Assembly (NCBI GenBank): GCA_030611385.1
Contig: JAUWPV010000003.1
Span: 18,996-82,995 of the forward strand
Reading direction: 5' to 3'
DNA: 64,000 bases
From: Bacillota bacterium
Lineage (GTDB): Bacteria > Bacillota > Dethiobacteria > DTU022
Shown here: positions 63,379 through 64,000 of the stretch, piece by piece
Numbering within the stretch: the stretch's first letter is position 1
How the letters are laid out: each line of letters opens with the position of its first letter
Position numbers and translations under genes: made by a program
The notes under the pieces: model-generated
Told to the model about the DNA's origin: nothing
The model's input: only the letters and a program-made list of their open reading frames with translations
Databases searched by the model: none

Positions 63379-64000
63379 ATGTTAATTTTAAGAATATTGT
63401 CAGCTTTAATCGGTGTACCGATAGTGATCGGTTCGGTTTATCTGGGCGGTCCCTGGTATGCTCTTTTTTTGTTGCTGGTTGCAAACCTTGGGGTATATGA
63501 ATACAATCATATTTTAAAGAATAAAAGTTACAGCGCCTCCGCCGTTATCGGTTTCATTGGTGTTAGCCTTTTTATGGCCGCTTTATATTTTGAAAAACCG
63601 GAATTGCTATATCCATTAATTATGTTATTGTTTTTCTGCCTCTTCGTTTCAGCTCTCTTTAACATGGAGAGGATGAGTATATCCGAATCGGCGATTTCCC
63701 TCTGGGGCATACTCTATATCGGCGGCATGAGTGGTTATTTGCTTATGCTGCGGATGCTGCCAAACGGGGAGATCTATACCTATCTGTTATTAGCCGGAGT
63801 CTGGATTCATGACTCACTGGCATATTTTATCGGTGTAAAGTGGGGCCTGCGGAAATTTGCTCCGCAAATTAGCCCTAAAAAGTCAGTGGAAGGCTCAATA
63901 GCCGGTATTATTGGTACAGTAGTGCTCTTTTTATCAGTATCAATTCTCATGCCGGCTCTGATTACAATCAAACCCAGCCAGGCGGTTATTCTGGCTCTTG
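63379..64000 (+). CDS. cdsA: Phosphatidate cytidylyltransferase, 3'-truncated by the window edge (not in the ORF track)
   Basis: The ATG 63379 frame gives MLILRILSALIGVP..., D..AYFIG and ISPKKSVEG, in the canonical position after uppS. Confidence 0.9.
   Translation, partial: MLILRILSALIGVPIVIGSVYLGGPWYALFLLLVANLGVYEYNHILKNKSYSASAVIGFIGVSLFMAALYFEKPELLYPLIMLLFFCLFVSALFNMERMSISESAISLWGILYIGGMSGYLLMLRMLPNGEIYTYLLLAGVWIHDSLAYFIGVKWGLRKFAPQISPKKSVEGSIAGIIGTVVLFLSVSILMPALITIKPSQAVILAL

Overview
This 64 kb window is gene-dense and mostly + strand. It comes from an anaerobic Bacillota (Firmicutes) chromosome, judged by the T-box, CIRCE, sigma-H-like and sigma-54 promoters, split purS/Q/L and GGAGG ribosome-binding sites. 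I found no rRNA, tRNA, CRISPR array, IS element or prophage. Gene order: end of a cell-surface polysaccharide locus (priming transferase, FAD enzyme, two LCP proteins, epimerase), DUF368, groESL with a variant CIRCE, Trp T-box/trpB2, then a PRPP (ykkC-type) riboswitch heading the pur operon (no purK) with a Na+,H+-type membrane pyrophosphatase between purF and purM. Next come a B12 acyl-CoA cluster (thiolase, two acyl-CoA dehydrogenases, adenosyltransferase, MeaB, split mutase), a TetR/SDR cassette, ligA, a sigma-54 activator with an amino-acid dehydrogenase and 2-oxoacid oxidoreductase operon, and fumarase, malic enzyme, soluble fumarate reductase and a family III CoA enzyme. The window ends with nth, dnaE, pyk, an HDAC, DUF1015 and rpsB-tsf-pyrH-frr-uppS-cdsA. 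The best leads are: (1) two acyl-CoA dehydrogenase genes with complementary motif losses, suggesting an obligate heteromeric enzyme, beside a mutase carrying isobutyryl-CoA mutase residues; (2) three TGCA-N6-TGCA palindromes downstream of the sigma-54-driven dehydrogenase gene, a candidate downstream enhancer; (3) an oxidoreductase delta subunit with a GltD/NfnB-like flavin module inserted into it; (4) an anchor-less fumarate reductase predicted to bind FAD non-covalently. All assignments come from recognising motifs by eye. No database searches were run.
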